DNA of 64,000 nucleotides from Euglena gracilis (Eukaryota). Under the pieces are notes generated by a model. It made no database searches. It had not been told where the DNA came from and saw only the letters and a list, made by a program, of their open reading frames with translations. The stretch lies in NCBI GenBank assembly GCA_039621445.1, contig CP154954.1:16510140-16574139 (forward strand). Reading direction: 5' to 3'. The translations under genes and the position numbers were made by a program. The first letter of the stretch is position 1. Every line of letters begins with the position of its first letter. Of this stretch, positions 38,967 to 53,494 are shown in pieces.

Positions 38967-40692
38967 TGAGGCAGACCAGACCTCCACAACAGCTCCACCG
39001 GTGCCAGCCATCCGCGAGGTCTACCAGGAACGGGTGGTCCTGGTGGATCGACCGGTGATCGTGGAGAGGCAGGTACCTGTTCCGGTCCGGGAGCCGGTCT
39101 TCGTGGATCGCATCGTGGAGCGCCTCGTGCAGGTTCCAGTGCAGGTGCCCGTGGAGGTTCGGGTGCCGGTGCCAGTCGAGGTGCGGGTCCCAATTCCCAT
39201 CTACCTCCCCAGCCACCAACAGGGACAACCCCCGGCCCTGGTGCAAAACGTGCAAGTCAATGCACTCATCAACGGCCCGGCACCCACAGGCCTTATCGAG
39301 GCCCCAGCCATCCCAGCCATCGAGGCTGCCAATCGTCTCATGCTGCCTGCCCCCCCACCACAAGCATTCCTCGCCGAAGAAGAAGAACAAGAAGAGGATG
39401 ACTCGTCCTCACAAGCCCCCTCCAAGAAGCGCAAGTACACCATTTTGAGCGAGTGGCCGAAAGAGTGGAGGGAGAAGTACGAGGAATGGAAGTCAGCAAT
39501 GAGGTGCAGGCACCCAGGCCGAGGGAAGGCAATATTCTTTTCTTGGGACCACGAGCTGCAAAGCCAAGTCTGGGCCTGCTGTGGGCCACAACGGAGGGAG
39601 GCCATCCAGCAATGGCTAGACGAAGCAGCAGCCAGCCACATGGCCAGCAGCACTGCCCAGGAACACCTGTTGCACGACTGGCACGAAGGCGCCAGGATCG
39701 GGGAGGCCGACCACCCTGGTCCTCGACACCACCACCCGGAAGGCAAACCCCCAGGGCAGCCATCTAACAACCACTCCGGGCCCCACGCTCCCGGAGCGAG
39801 ACAGCACAATGTCCAGGCGGGCGGCAGGCAGCGTGGTGCCTGTGCCCCGCCAACCCGTTCCGCAGGGGAGTTCGCAAAGCGGGATTTGCCCCGGCCCCAA
39901 GCCCCTTGGTGACCCAATAGGGAAGCGACCCGTGGGCACCGCCCTGGGGAGACAGAAAACCCCGCCGCCATGAGATTTTTCAGACCCTCCCGCCCTGAGA
40001 GTGTGCAGGGCACCCAAGGCTTAAGAGAGGAAGAGGGTGCCGAGTGGACCCCTGTGTACGGCAGGCGAGGGGCAGCCGTGCATAAGCAGCTGAAGCGAAT
40101 GGCAGAGACCATCGCTGCACTGACCCGAGAAGTCCAACAAATGAAGGAAAATTTTGAAGAACGCCACTGTCGGGGGGTGTCGGTGCCCCCAGCCAACCAA
40201 AGGAGCACCAGGGGAGAGAATGGGGCAAACCGGGCAGGCCCCCCTCCGATCCCCGCACACCCCAACCAATGGGATGTGCTCCAAAGGCAGCAGCAGCAGC
40301 AACCCAGCCCCAGCGGGAGGGGGGAGGGTTCAACAACCACGGGAGGAGCCTCCTACCCCCCAAGGGACCGGCAAAGCCGCAAACCCGACAAAACGACCCA
40401 AACCAACTCCCGCAGGCAGCAGCAGGAGCAGCAGCAGCAACAGCGACAGCAGCAGCAGCAGCAGCGCCAGCAGCAGCGGCAGCTTTCCTTCCAGGAGGAC
40501 ACCGGGGGCCGTGGTGGTGGGCCAGTGATGACGCAGCGTAGTGAGCCGGCACCCCCGGTTTCGCTGTGTCGGAGGCCAGGCGGGGGACGCCCTGCCGTCA
40601 CCACCCAGAGCACCTCCTGGAATGAAAACAAAGCAGCCCCCTCCACCTCCGACACACCTGCACCACACACTTCCCATCCACACCAATCTGGA

Positions 40693-40733
<41 letters not shown>
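38967..40733 (+). mobile_element. 5'-truncated retro-cassette ORF ending in (GA)n
   Basis: Near-identical reverse complement of 53435-55221. Intronless ORF with VPV repeats, GARIGEADHPGP and polyQ. Confidence 0.7.
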
Positions 40734-40734
<1 letters not shown>

Positions 40735-40738
<4 letters not shown>

Positions 40739-41530
40739 CTGCTGGCGCCCGACGCTGGACCGAAGGGCGAGACGGCGCTGAAGGATGTCCTACAGTACGT
40801 GCTGCGGACGCTCCTGAAGCACCAGGTACCCTCCGCCGACGCTGCGACGGAGCTGGACCAGCTGTGCTACGACGCGCAGGCTGGCAGCAGTCGCCGGTCG
40901 CAGGCGGAGTTGGATCTCTGCCAGGTCCACTGGGACAGCGTGCTGGGTCGCCGCCGTCCACGCCAGGAGAGGGCTCCTGGGGAGGCAGCAGCCAGACTCG
41001 CGGTTGCTCAGTCAATTTGGGGGGCTATTCAGTATCACCGTTGTCCTGCTAACATTCATATCTCAGGAACACGGAAGTGTTACTTAGCATTTGCGCATTT
41101 GCGCGCATCAAAAGTAAAAAAAAACATGTGCACGTGTGTGGTGATGCTGTCAATACGGTTGTACCTTATGAAACAATTTATACTTTTTATTTGCGCAATT
41201 GCGCGCATCAAAAGTATAAACTGTTCCATATTCATCCTAAGTGACATGTGCAGTAGGCCTTGTACGTGTACTGCGTCTGACAAAGAGTTCCTTCAGTCCC
41301 CTGTGAAAATAGTGGCCCATTAGTGCAGGCGTTTGTACACCTGCACATACCCCACATTTCTTTTGGGAATTCTTTGTGTTCTAAAAGTAGATGGGAAGGT
41401 ACTGAATGTTTGTGGCTTCGTAAGTTTGAGACTACGAACGTTTTTGAGGATGGGGGGGTCACACCCTCCCTCCCTGAACACGCAGAATGCATTTTGTGGG
41501 CGCAATTGCGCGCATCAAAAATAAATTTTC
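40735..41530 (+). pseudogene. Fragment of an A-family transposase gene
   Basis: ETALKDVLQYVLRTLLKHQVPSADAATEL resembles B TTEQLLPVLRHSLQTLVRGQRLAADVEEWL. Three A-type palindromes at ~41089, 41190 and 41499. Confidence 0.55.
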
Positions 41531-41555
41531 AAAAATTAATGCCACACAGACAAGA

Positions 41556-41628
41556 GCGGTCGGGGACAAGGGTTGGCAGAGTCGTCACCCCTGACAATGC
41601 CCCAACTGCCAGCCTGGGGCGAAACCGC
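41556..41628 (+). ncRNA. Type III hammerhead ribozyme, family 2, core-mutated
   Basis: GCGGUC / stem I / CUGACAA(U) / GCCCCA..UGGGGC / GAAACCGC. G8-to-A change relative to the copy at 56209-56281. Confidence 0.7.
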
Positions 41629-44600
41629 AACACAGACTGACAACACACGCACCCACACCAACTTACAACACATTTTCCCCACAAGGACGCACACTCGGGT
41701 CGGCAAGGAGTTCCCCCCAAGGAGTTCCCCCAGCAACACCGCTTCAGAAGAGAGAGAGAGAGCGCGCGCAACTGCAACCGCCCATGCAACCATGCAACCG
41801 CCCACGGCGAGGATACAATATGGGCTCCCGCCAGCTCAGGTGGTTTAAACATATGAACGAGGTCCCCCACGCAGCAACCGAGGTGATGCTCTCGGCCTGC
41901 GAGGACTCGAGCGAAAGGTCCTCCCGCGCAGCCCCAAGTGCAATTCGGCACCGGGGAGAGAGTCACGTGGGTGAAGCCCCTTATACCCTCCTGGTGAGAC
42001 GCGGGCTAGGGCTCCCCACGGCGACTCTATGCGGGTCGCTCCAGGAAGTCTGGCCCATCTCTGGGTGAAAGAGGCGGGCTGAGGGGTAGCCAGGACCCCG
42101 TCGGTGCTGGCCGGGGACCAGAGTATCCCAGAGGGGTGACCACCTTTATGCCAAGGAGATGGGGTTGCACCACAAGCCCCCAATCCGAGGCAACGGAAGT
42201 TCGGACGCGGGCCGTACCTCGGGTGTGGGGGCACACCCGAGGGCCATGTAACTGCGGAGTTGCTCTCCAGGTGGGTGCCCAAGGGGCCGTGACTCGACTA
42301 GCCCACCTGCAGAGCATGCGCGCCCAGAACCAAGGTGGTCTGCCACCACCATCCGGGCATCGGCACAGCGCTTCGCACCGGGCAGAATTTCGGCCACCTG
42401 GACTGTGCCACTGTACAGGAGGGGGGTGTCCCCCCAACCACCCCCTCTTGCTGGACTGGAGGGGGGGTCCGACCCTCCCCATTTGCCTTTATATCAAACC
42501 CTCGACACCCACCCAGCATCAGCCGCCGTCGTCGTCTTTTCAGTTTTCGCGCAAAAGGCACCAAAGGAATTTTCCTTTCAAAGTGGTTGGGATGGACTTA
42601 CCTCCGCCCCCCTCCTGCAACCAACCTGGGCAAGGGCCCAAACCAACTGTTTTCAGCCCCGCAGCCCAGCCTGCCGTGGGTAGGGGTGGGTTCCGGGAAG
42701 GTCATACTTTGGGGTGGCTGATGCCGACTGGCGGTATTCCAAACCACGCCCCCTCCCCCTTATCACAGCTTGCTGCGGCGATCTGTCGGCTGACCGTAAG
42801 TTGCTGTGTGGGTTTTGGCTGAGAAGGTACCCCAGAGCACTGATGACAGCACAATTTATGGACCAACACTCGCATGGCAGCACCAACGCCTGAAATTGGA
42901 CAGATGTGGTTGGGGGCCGGCGGGCCACCAAACTGCAGATTACTGCAGGTTGAGAGTGTTTTCTCGATTTCTTATGCCGGTGTTCCAGTTTCCCCAGTCC
43001 ACCGTGGATTTTTTGGTGGTTCTTTGTACACCTGTTTGATACCAATGGGGTTCAAGGTTGCCGGGCTGGCCGGGGGGATTTGCCACGCCAGCCAGGTTGC
43101 CCCAATTTTTCGGAGGTGGATTTCAGCAATTCCCCTCTTATCCAAATTCCTCTTTCTGGCTGGTACCCTAATTCCCAATCACCCCTACCCTGTGGGTGGG
43201 TTACAATTTGGCTACAATTTGGTGTTCCCTTTCTGGGTTACAACCTTTTTTTTGACCTCCCCCCTCCCAGCATCAGGTGTGCATGTGAACTTTGACAGCA
43301 GATTACATTTTTGTTGGGGATACTTTTTGACCCAATCCCGGGGGGGGTCAGAAGGGCCCCTCAATCACGCCCCCTGTAACCTTGCATGCATTTTCCCTCC
43401 AACAGAGCACTGCCAGAAGGCCGCAACAAGGAAGCACCCCCTTGCTAGAAATCGACAGTAGAGTCGATTTTTTTTGGTAGTTGGGCAGACGGGTGGGTAG
43501 CCAGACGCACTCTCTGAGGCACTGGACTAGTGGCGACCTTGAAGGAAGCCACCCCTGCTTTTTTTGACGCGATGCACCTTTATTTTTTGGCAGCACAAAA
43601 TGGCTCCCCCAAAAGGGTCCTCTGCCACAGGTGCCCCACCCGCTGGGGGGGGGTAGTCGGTGAGGTAACAGAATGCAGAAATACACATATATAAATCTGG
43701 TCAATAAAATAATCATCACAATAATCAACAGGCATAATGTTGCGACTTTGGCTGTCATCATTGGAATGTACGGACCACGTGGGCAGCCAATCCCGCAACG
43801 CTGTGTTGTTGGTCTGACACGACACACTCCAAAACAACCACTGTTGGGTGTTTTGCCCCTGCGTCAATACCCTGGTTTGGACCACACCAGCAGGCAGGTT
43901 CAGTTTTGCCTGTCACTGAACCCCTGTATTGCACCAGCGAAAGGGGGCTTCATGTGTACACTGTGCATTCTGATGACGGTGAGCGTCCTGGTGGCCTCTG
44001 TTTTGCTCTGCCTGCCGGCCTGTGGTATCGCTCGCCAGGAGAAATCATGACACATATTTTATGCGACTGCAACAAGGTTGTTTTTTTGTGAACAAGTTTT
44101 TTTTTTGTGAACAGTGGGGTCCTTTGCAGGATTCGAGCTGGCAGGAGGGGCACTTCAGGGTTTGGGGTGGGTATTGCTATTGTACCCCCCCCCCGGCGCT
44201 GAAGGCACCGCTGCCCCGAAAACGCCATTTCAAGGTCAAATATTGGCTCTGTCGACTGAACTCGGAACCCAAAACAGAACTGCGTGCCTGCTACGGGCAG
44301 GCACCTCGTTGCACAAGGCCCCCTACCCCCCGTGGTTGTTCATAGAAAGTCTGATCCTTTGGGGACAGCTGTTGCCAGCAGACCCACACAAGGCAAATTT
44401 AGGAAGAATTTCCTCCTCGATCCTGTTTACCCAATTTCACTGAAAAAAACTGACTGCAACGCCACCCCAAACCCCATACCCCAGGGGGGTGGGGTGGGGG
44501 CTCTGTTGAAAACGGTCTCAGATCATGACATTCAATGCCTTTTCTTCTAAGTGTCTCAAGAAATTTGATGATTTGCTCAATAATTGGTAAGCAGCACCAA

Positions 44601-44880
44601 AATCATATACAAGGGGTCATTTTGCTAACTGCTATCCCCTAATGGCACCGTTCCGTTGACAGACGGTACCGTCCCCAAACCCCCTTGTCCACGGCTTGTT
44701 CCTAGTTGTGCGTGTGCTGTGTCAAGCGAGGGGGGGTTTCACTTTTGCAATTTTTTGAAAAGAAACAATAAAAGACAATAAATGTGAATTCAAACGAAAG
44801 AATAAAATAACAAAATAAAGAATTGCAAAAAAGTCAGGCAACCGAGTTTTAGTACAACAAAGATCCAATTCTGTAAGAAA

Positions 44881-46607
<1,727 letters not shown>

Positions 46608-49600
46608 AACATTTCTATGATATTTTAATGAAAAGAAGCCCTCTGTATTCTTGTGAATTCCAGATATCAATATTTTGGCTTTTTTTCCTTAAAAATATCT
46701 CCTAGTTGGAAAGGACAAAAAAATGAACATTATATGTAATGGATAAAATGTGCAAATTATTGAAGAATCGCCGAAATATCCAAGAATAGTTTTTTTGCTT
46801 AACATGAAACCCAATATACATTTTGTCCATCAAGTTTGTTTTTCTTTTGGTCAAAATTGTAATTTTTTAAGCTGTCAGAGAATATTTTTTCTTGCCAATA
46901 ATTGAATATGGAGGATGTTTTTCAAAAAAAATTCCTTTTTTTTTCAGCATGTATTTTTTACATTTAAAGGCCTAAATATGCTTATAAAATCAGAGAAGAG
47001 AATTGATAATGAAAATAGTTAATTTGCACAAAACGGTAAAATTGCAAAATTGTGCTTTTTGCCACACAAACCACTTTTGGAATCAAATGTTAAGTTAAGT
47101 TGTCTAAAATTATGTACCTCAATCGCAGTTTATTAAGTTTTTCTCCCAGATGCGAAAAAAAATGAAATATTTTCCTCGAAAATCAAATGCGTCTCTAATA
47201 ATCCAGGAAGCTTTTATTTTCAACGTTTTTAAACAGCAAAAGGGAGAAAAAGAAGCCAGAATAAAATATAATTTCTTCTATACATTTATTTGCAAGTTTT
47301 GAAAAGTTATCGGTCATTTGTTTATGGGGCAAGGTAATGTGGGCGATGTTGGAAATTTTGTCTATAAATACCTTTTATGTTTCCCAATGTGTTTCCCTTT
47401 TTTTATTTTCTCCAAATTATATTGCCCCAACGTATTTTTTTTTGTGTGCGAAAATTTTGATTTGTCTGCATTTTGGTTTTTTATATTGTTTCTGAATTTT
47501 TCTTGATCCATCCGGGATGAAAATTAATGGAATGAGTGTTATAAGAACATGGATTAAAAAAGAGGTTCAAATTTGATTTTTTTTGTGACGGGGAATTTGG
47601 AGGTTTTCCACCCTCTGAAGATAATATGACAGTTTCTCGAAAGAAAGCTGTGACAATTTTTTTGCGAAGATAATTCAGAGTTCAAATTTTCATTGGTCGG
47701 TCCCACCCTTCTCCGGGCTTCTCATATATCCCTGATCCGTGCTTGCAACTCTGGAATGCTTGGACCAGGCTCGTCTATTGGTTGCCGCACATTTTCACTA
47801 TGTGGGTCGCCAGGTGTCTGAAAGAAGTGGATTAGATTAATACTGACTTTTGTGAGGTGTCGGTGAATTCTCAAGAGCGTAACTAACTAAGAGTGTCCCC
47901 CCCCCCCCAGGCGCTTGGCCCGGGCCACGACTGAAGGCAAGGCCGGGGGGCCAACCTCAGGAGCCAAGTTTGCATGTTAAGGATTTCAGTGAGCCATGTG
48001 CAAAAGAGGACCAAAGCATTAATGGGGGGCCAAATTGCAAGTTAAGGCTGAAGACCAACTTTAGGGGGCCAAGTTTGCACGCAAGAAGGAGCGGACCCAA
48101 GCGCCCAGGGAGGGGGGAGTAAGTTTTCATGTTTAAAATTTCAGGAACATTCCACTGTACAATGCAATAAACAATTTCTGTTTTGGTAGTTTATTTTTCA
48201 ATACATGTTTGTGGTTGGGACTCTAAACCCCGTCCATTATGGTTTCGCATTGTTGGAAGCAAATCTAGCCCGTTGTGAAAGCTTACGACTCCTTCCATCG
48301 TTGCTGGGCAGTCATGGTTCCACCATTCAGTGACCTCCTTCTTTGACTGTGGTCTTTGTTGTTGGTGAACAGTCAGTGATGGCGTGCCATTTGTTCCTGC
48401 TTGCTGCTTGCTGCTTGCCGAGCAGCCAGTTAAATTGTCCTGCAGGCACAGCCCCAACTGCCTGCCCTGTTTTGTGGCTGACCCTTTTTGGAAAGGCTTG
48501 CCGTTCGACATTTGGAGGGTTGGCAAATGCGATTTAGGCGAGTTTGTCGATGTTGCATTTAAGTTTTTTGGTACCTAGAATGAAATTCAAATGCGCTTTT
48601 TTGAAAAAAACCAGGAGGCTTCGAGAATTGCATTTTTTTTCGACAACATTAAAATGCTCCGGTCCACAGTGCTAAAAAAATATTTGAAGAAAGTGCCGCG
48701 GGTCTAAGTCGACCTCATCCCAGTTCCATCACCGCAGCCTTGACCGCCGAGTTTCTGCTTCCTTGGTGCAAGGTCCCAAGTGTCTTGTCGCTGTTCCTCA
48801 TTATTCTCCGGGCATTTGATCTCTTTCTGGTCACTTGGTTTGCAGCTGTTCACAAATAAATATTTCCCCCCATTTTTTTCTTGGCATCATTTTTTGGCCT
48901 CTTGGGCTTTTTGTGCTCTTCAAGGGATTCCCACCACGTTTTCACTGGGTATTACATTGCAACCGACCAGGTTCTGTTGTCAGAGCTATCAAGGTGGTTA
49001 TCCTTGGAGAACTGCCCCCCTTATAACAGAGAGACAAACACTTTCTTGAACATGTTTGGGGGTTTGGCTTTCCAGTGTGTCAATCTTGGGGTTCAGATAG
49101 GGTTAGGGTCGCTGAGCTCTTGTCCCTTTATGAGTAACATCGAAGCTTTCCAGGGGAACCCCCCCCCCGACACCCCGCCTTTTGGGCTACATAATTAGAA
49201 CCCCCGTTTCCCGGTATGAACTGCCTCCCTCCCCAGGGAGTTGTCTTTTAGGGAAGCCTCCCACATGGTCCCAGGAGCCCTTAAAGTAATCCCAATGATC
49301 TAGAAATAACTCCCCAGGGTAATCAAGTTGTCAAAAGGACTCCATGGGAGAACTCAAGCCATGAGCAACGCCCTATCTAGTGGTACCTGACTTTCCCAGT
49401 AACCCCACCGCTGGCCAAAGTTACGCCCCCCGTTTTTTGACATGTTTTTTTTGGCCTTTTTGGCCCGTTTTTGGCCAAAATGGGCAAAAAAACACAATGT
49501 TCAAAATATTCTGAAAATAAAGCAAAGTGAAAGAAAATGTTTAAAGTATCAAATGAAACCCTGAGAACTCCCTATCTTCCCGTTACGCCCCACCTGGTTC

Positions 49601-49769
49601 GAGATATGACCATTTTTCGACCAATGTTGGGCTATTTTTGGGCCAAAAATCACAAAATATCTCGAAAATGCCTCAAAATCAAACAAAAAGTCCAGGAGCA
49701 TGTTGACTGCCTCCAGAGATAGAAGAAGGCGAAACCCCCTGCAAAGGGGGAAAAATAATAAACACAAAA

Positions 49770-52311
49770 TATAGGAAGCGGTAAAGAGGACATTCCGCTT
49801 CAAAATCATACACAGGTCACCAAAATCAACAGCAGAAGAATCATACCAAAGGGATTACTACAGCAAAGTGAAGAAAATTTTCCTAAAACGAAAAGGAAGC
49901 GGAAAACCGCTTTAATGAGAAACTGAAAAATTATGTGATAAGTCAGATGGAAGTAGATTCACCTCAAACAGTGAATAATAATACCGACATACATTCGTTC
50001 AGCATAACCGGAGGGGTGTGATGAACCACACGAACTCAGCAGTAATCATTGGCATAAGTTTAACTAATACATTCATCAGAAAACATTACAGCCACAACAA
50101 ACGGAATACAAATGTAACAAACAGAACAATACAGACCTGTAATCAAAGTCTGCGCTTGAGGTACCGGGCCATCATAAGCGGGCAGGAGGGAAAACCTGCA
50201 AAAACAAGCAGGAAACGATGAAGCGGGTTTCCGCTTCCTCAAATCAAAGCAGAGAAATTTAGTCTGATCCAAACTGTAGTGCACTGGTCTGAAACTGCCA
50301 TTGTCAATATCACTGAACCAACTGAATGCAGATTGTAATGACAAATGGCAAACTTGAACTACGCAACAAACGTGAATCACGCATCAAACAGTACCGAGAA
50401 GATGCATTGTGTCCCGAAGCACCATTAACTGAGCAAGTTGTGTATTTGTAACTTTGATTCTCAGAACAAAAGTCACAGCTTCAACAAACCCCACAGCCCC
50501 CAGTTCCGCAGCCATGCCAAAGACAAACACAAAGGAAAGACACGGCAAAATGGGTGGGTGTGGTGTGGCGAAGGCGTGCGCATGGTTGGGGACTGGGTCT
50601 GGGTGCGGGTATGGGTCTGGTCCGGTCTGGGTCCGGTACAGGTCTGGGTCTCGCTTGTCCCTCCCTCGCTGACGGCACCAGCCGCCCGCTGCCACCGCGG
50701 CTGCCGCAGCCGCCCGCTCACTCGTCGTCCACCAGCATCTCCTGGATGTTCTCCAGGGCGGACCGCTTCCTCGGCAACAGGGAGCGGCGCAAACGGGAGG
50801 TGTGGAACTCAGATAACGGTTTTGATTTGGTGCATCGCATTACAGTAAAACGTGAAACACAATACCAATCTTACAAAAAATACTCTGATTCAGTTATAAG
50901 GAAGCGGAAAAACGCTTCATGAACAGAACTGTTAAATTACTGCCAACTGGAGAGATGACATAAGGAAAGAGATATCACAGACAATCCTCCATTAGGCCGC
51001 TCCCTGTGTGTCGGGCGCTCCGGCGGTTCCGGGGATGACTCGTAGGAGTGCCGAGCCGGCTGCTGCGAGGAGGCGGACTGCTTCCCGCGGACGCCCTTCT
51101 TGGGCGTGTCCTTGGTCTTCTTGTCCGGCTTGTCCTTGGTCTCCTTCTCCTTGGGCTTGTCCTGGGACTCCTTGGTCTCCTTGAACTTGAAGTCCTTCGG
51201 GTCCCGGCCGCCCTTGGACGGGGGCTCCTCCTCCGTCGGTGGTGCGTGGGCCGTCTCCGTCCCCTCCGGGATGTACCCGGACACGTTCAGGGCTACGTGG
51301 CGGACGATCCTCAGGTGGACGTCCTTGGCCACAGGGGAACCCAATGAAAATGCCTTGTCCGGTGTCAGAAGGGAATGGGAATGCAGATACAAAACCATAA
51401 AACATTTTAGCAAAGTACTTTGAAGCGGATTTACGCTTCAATTGTTAGATCTAGAAAAAAGACACAGATTCAACCAGGTGATTTCCATTTGCATTCGTTA
51501 AACGTCACACCATGTGAAATTGAAGTTCGGTGAAAGTATGGGACAGAAGCCTGGGCCACCCTGCACCCAGATCACCGGCGGTAGCCCGTCGGCCACCCTC
51601 ACTTCGCGGCCGATGTCCTCCAGGCAGCGCTGCTGGGCCTCTGCGTCGTCGGAGGGGAGGGCCGGCACGCCCCACAGCAGGTTGATGGCGCTGCCCGCCC
51701 GCACGGCCAACTGGGCGGACAGCACCGGTCGGGAACTCAGCACCATCACCCACTCGGCGGTGGCCACCCAGCCGCCGCAGGAACCACCAGACCACCTCCA
51801 CAGGAACAAGATGGGCAACGTCGGGTGCACCGGATAGCACTTCAAAACAGACATCGCCAAAATCTAACGGGGTTGGTGGACACTGCTCTCAGCAACCGGG
51901 ACATAAGTTTCACGATTGAAGTATGAAAACTGAAGACAACATTCTTAGCTTGCTAGCATGCTAAGTGCAATCTGGGACCTGGTGCATCCCCTGGAAGGTG
52001 ATCTGTCCGGGGTCCTACGACGGGAAGTAACAGGGAATTTCTGTTTTGTACGATGTACATGTATGCACTCACTATGACATATACATGAAAAGAAAAGAAG
52101 TGCTCTCATTATCAGGAAGCGCTTTTCCGCTTCATCATAAAATAAAATTGATGGTGCACCTTCATGGTCTTCTTGTTCGTGGTGAACACGGACAGGGTCC
52201 TTCGCGCCCAGATCCACTCCGGGTCGGGCCCCGGCTGCGGGATGAAGAGGACGATGTCCTTGCGGAAGACGGTCATCTCACTGCCCAGCAACTTCGTCAG
52301 CCGCGCTTGGA
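49770..52311 (-). mobile_element. Element B copy 2 (3' part, inverted), including the last exons of the ParB-like gene
   Basis: 50878-52311 is a near-identical reverse complement of 37534-38966 apart from the internal inversion. It continues to a terminal exon ending ...ENIQEMLVDDE* near 50720 and carries further B palindromes. Left boundary uncertain. Confidence 0.8.
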
Positions 52312-52402
52312 TAAACACAAACACACACATAAACACAAAAAATATATCTCTCTCACACACACTCTCTCTCTCTGAAACAGTTGCTGGGTGAACTCCTTGG
52401 GG

Positions 52403-52449
<47 letters not shown>

Positions 52450-52465
52450 TCCACTTGGGACTTCG

Positions 52466-52538
52466 GTGGTTTCGGCCCGGGCTGCCTGGGGGTGGGCCTC
52501 ATCAGTGGAGTCCCCCAGCGCCCTTCTCTCCAGACCAC
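52466..52538 (-). ncRNA. Type III hammerhead ribozyme, family 1
   Basis: GUGGUC^UGGAG-loop-CUCCA CUGAUGA GGCCC-loop-GGGCC GAAACCAC: full core and three stems. Confidence 0.9.
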
Positions 52539-52737
52539 AGCTGTCTTGAATGCCGCGTCGGTGAGCTTGACCTTGCTTCTGCCGCGGGGCACGAGCCGTG
52601 GGGGCCGACCTGCTCTGAAAAAAGCAGGGGAGACAGACCCGTTCTGAGTAAAACGGGCGAGCTCCGGCTCCTCCTCACCCGTTGTGGGGTGACCACGGTT
52701 TCCCGTGTAGCTCTCTCTTCTTCCACTTGGGACTTCG

Positions 52738-52810
52738 GTGGTTTCGGCCCGGGCTGCCTGGGGGTGGGCCTCATCAGTGGAGTCCCCCAGCGCCCTTCTC
52801 TCCAGACCAC
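52738..52810 (-). ncRNA. Type III hammerhead ribozyme, family 1
   Basis: Same motif in repeat unit 2. Confidence 0.9.
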
Positions 52811-53009
52811 AGCTGTCTTGAATGCCGCGTCGGTGAGCTTGACCTTGCTTCTGCCGCGGGGCACGAGCCGTGGGGGCCGACCTGCTCTGAAAAAAGCAGG
52901 GGAGACAGACCCGTTCTGAGTAAAACGGGCGAGCTCCGGCTCCTCCTCACCCGTTGTGGGGTGACCACGGTTTCCCGTGTAGCTCTCTCTTCTTCCACTT
53001 GGGACTTCG

Positions 53010-53082
53010 GTGGTTTCGGCCCGGGCTGCCTGGGGGTGGGCCTCATCAGTGGAGTCCCCCAGCGCCCTTCTCTCCAGACCAC
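53010..53082 (-). ncRNA. Type III hammerhead ribozyme, family 1
   Basis: Same motif in repeat unit 3. Confidence 0.9.
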
Positions 53083-53281
53083 AGCTGTCTTGAATGCCGC
53101 GTCGGTGAGCTTGACCTTGCTTCTGCCGCGGGGCACGAGCCGTGGGGGCCGACCTGCTCTGAAAAAAGCAGGGGAGACAGACCCGTTCTGAGTAAAACGG
53201 GCGAGCTCCGGCTCCTCCTCACCCGTTGTGGGGTGACCACGGTTTCCCGTGTAGCTCTCTCTTCTTCCACTTGGGACTTCG

Positions 53282-53354
53282 GTGGTTTCGGCCCGGGCTG
53301 CCTGGGGGTGGGCCTCATCAGTGGAGTCCCCCAGCGCCCTTCTCTCCAGACCAC
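53282..53354 (-). ncRNA. Type III hammerhead ribozyme, family 1
   Basis: Same motif in repeat unit 4. Confidence 0.9.
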
Positions 53355-53430
53355 AGCTGTCTTGAATGCCGCGTCGGTGAGCTTGACCTTGCTTCTGCCG
53401 CGGGGCACGAGCCGTGGGGGCCGACCTGCC

Positions 53431-53434
<4 letters not shown>

Positions 53435-53494
<60 letters not shown>

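Larger units (their letters stand above)
52441..53430 (-). repeat. 272-bp tandem repeat, ~3.6 copies, bounded by (GA)n
   Basis: Apparently identical units recur at a 272-bp period (e.g. 52466, 52738, 53010, 53282). Confidence 0.95.

Noticed and set aside
41763-42500. GC-rich segment after (GA)n as an RT or GIY-YIG ORF
   Set aside because: No recognisable catalytic motif in the supplied frames.
49380-49600. Candidate right terminus of element B (TTACGCCCCC)
   Set aside because: Wrong orientation and too short a match to the 29521 end.
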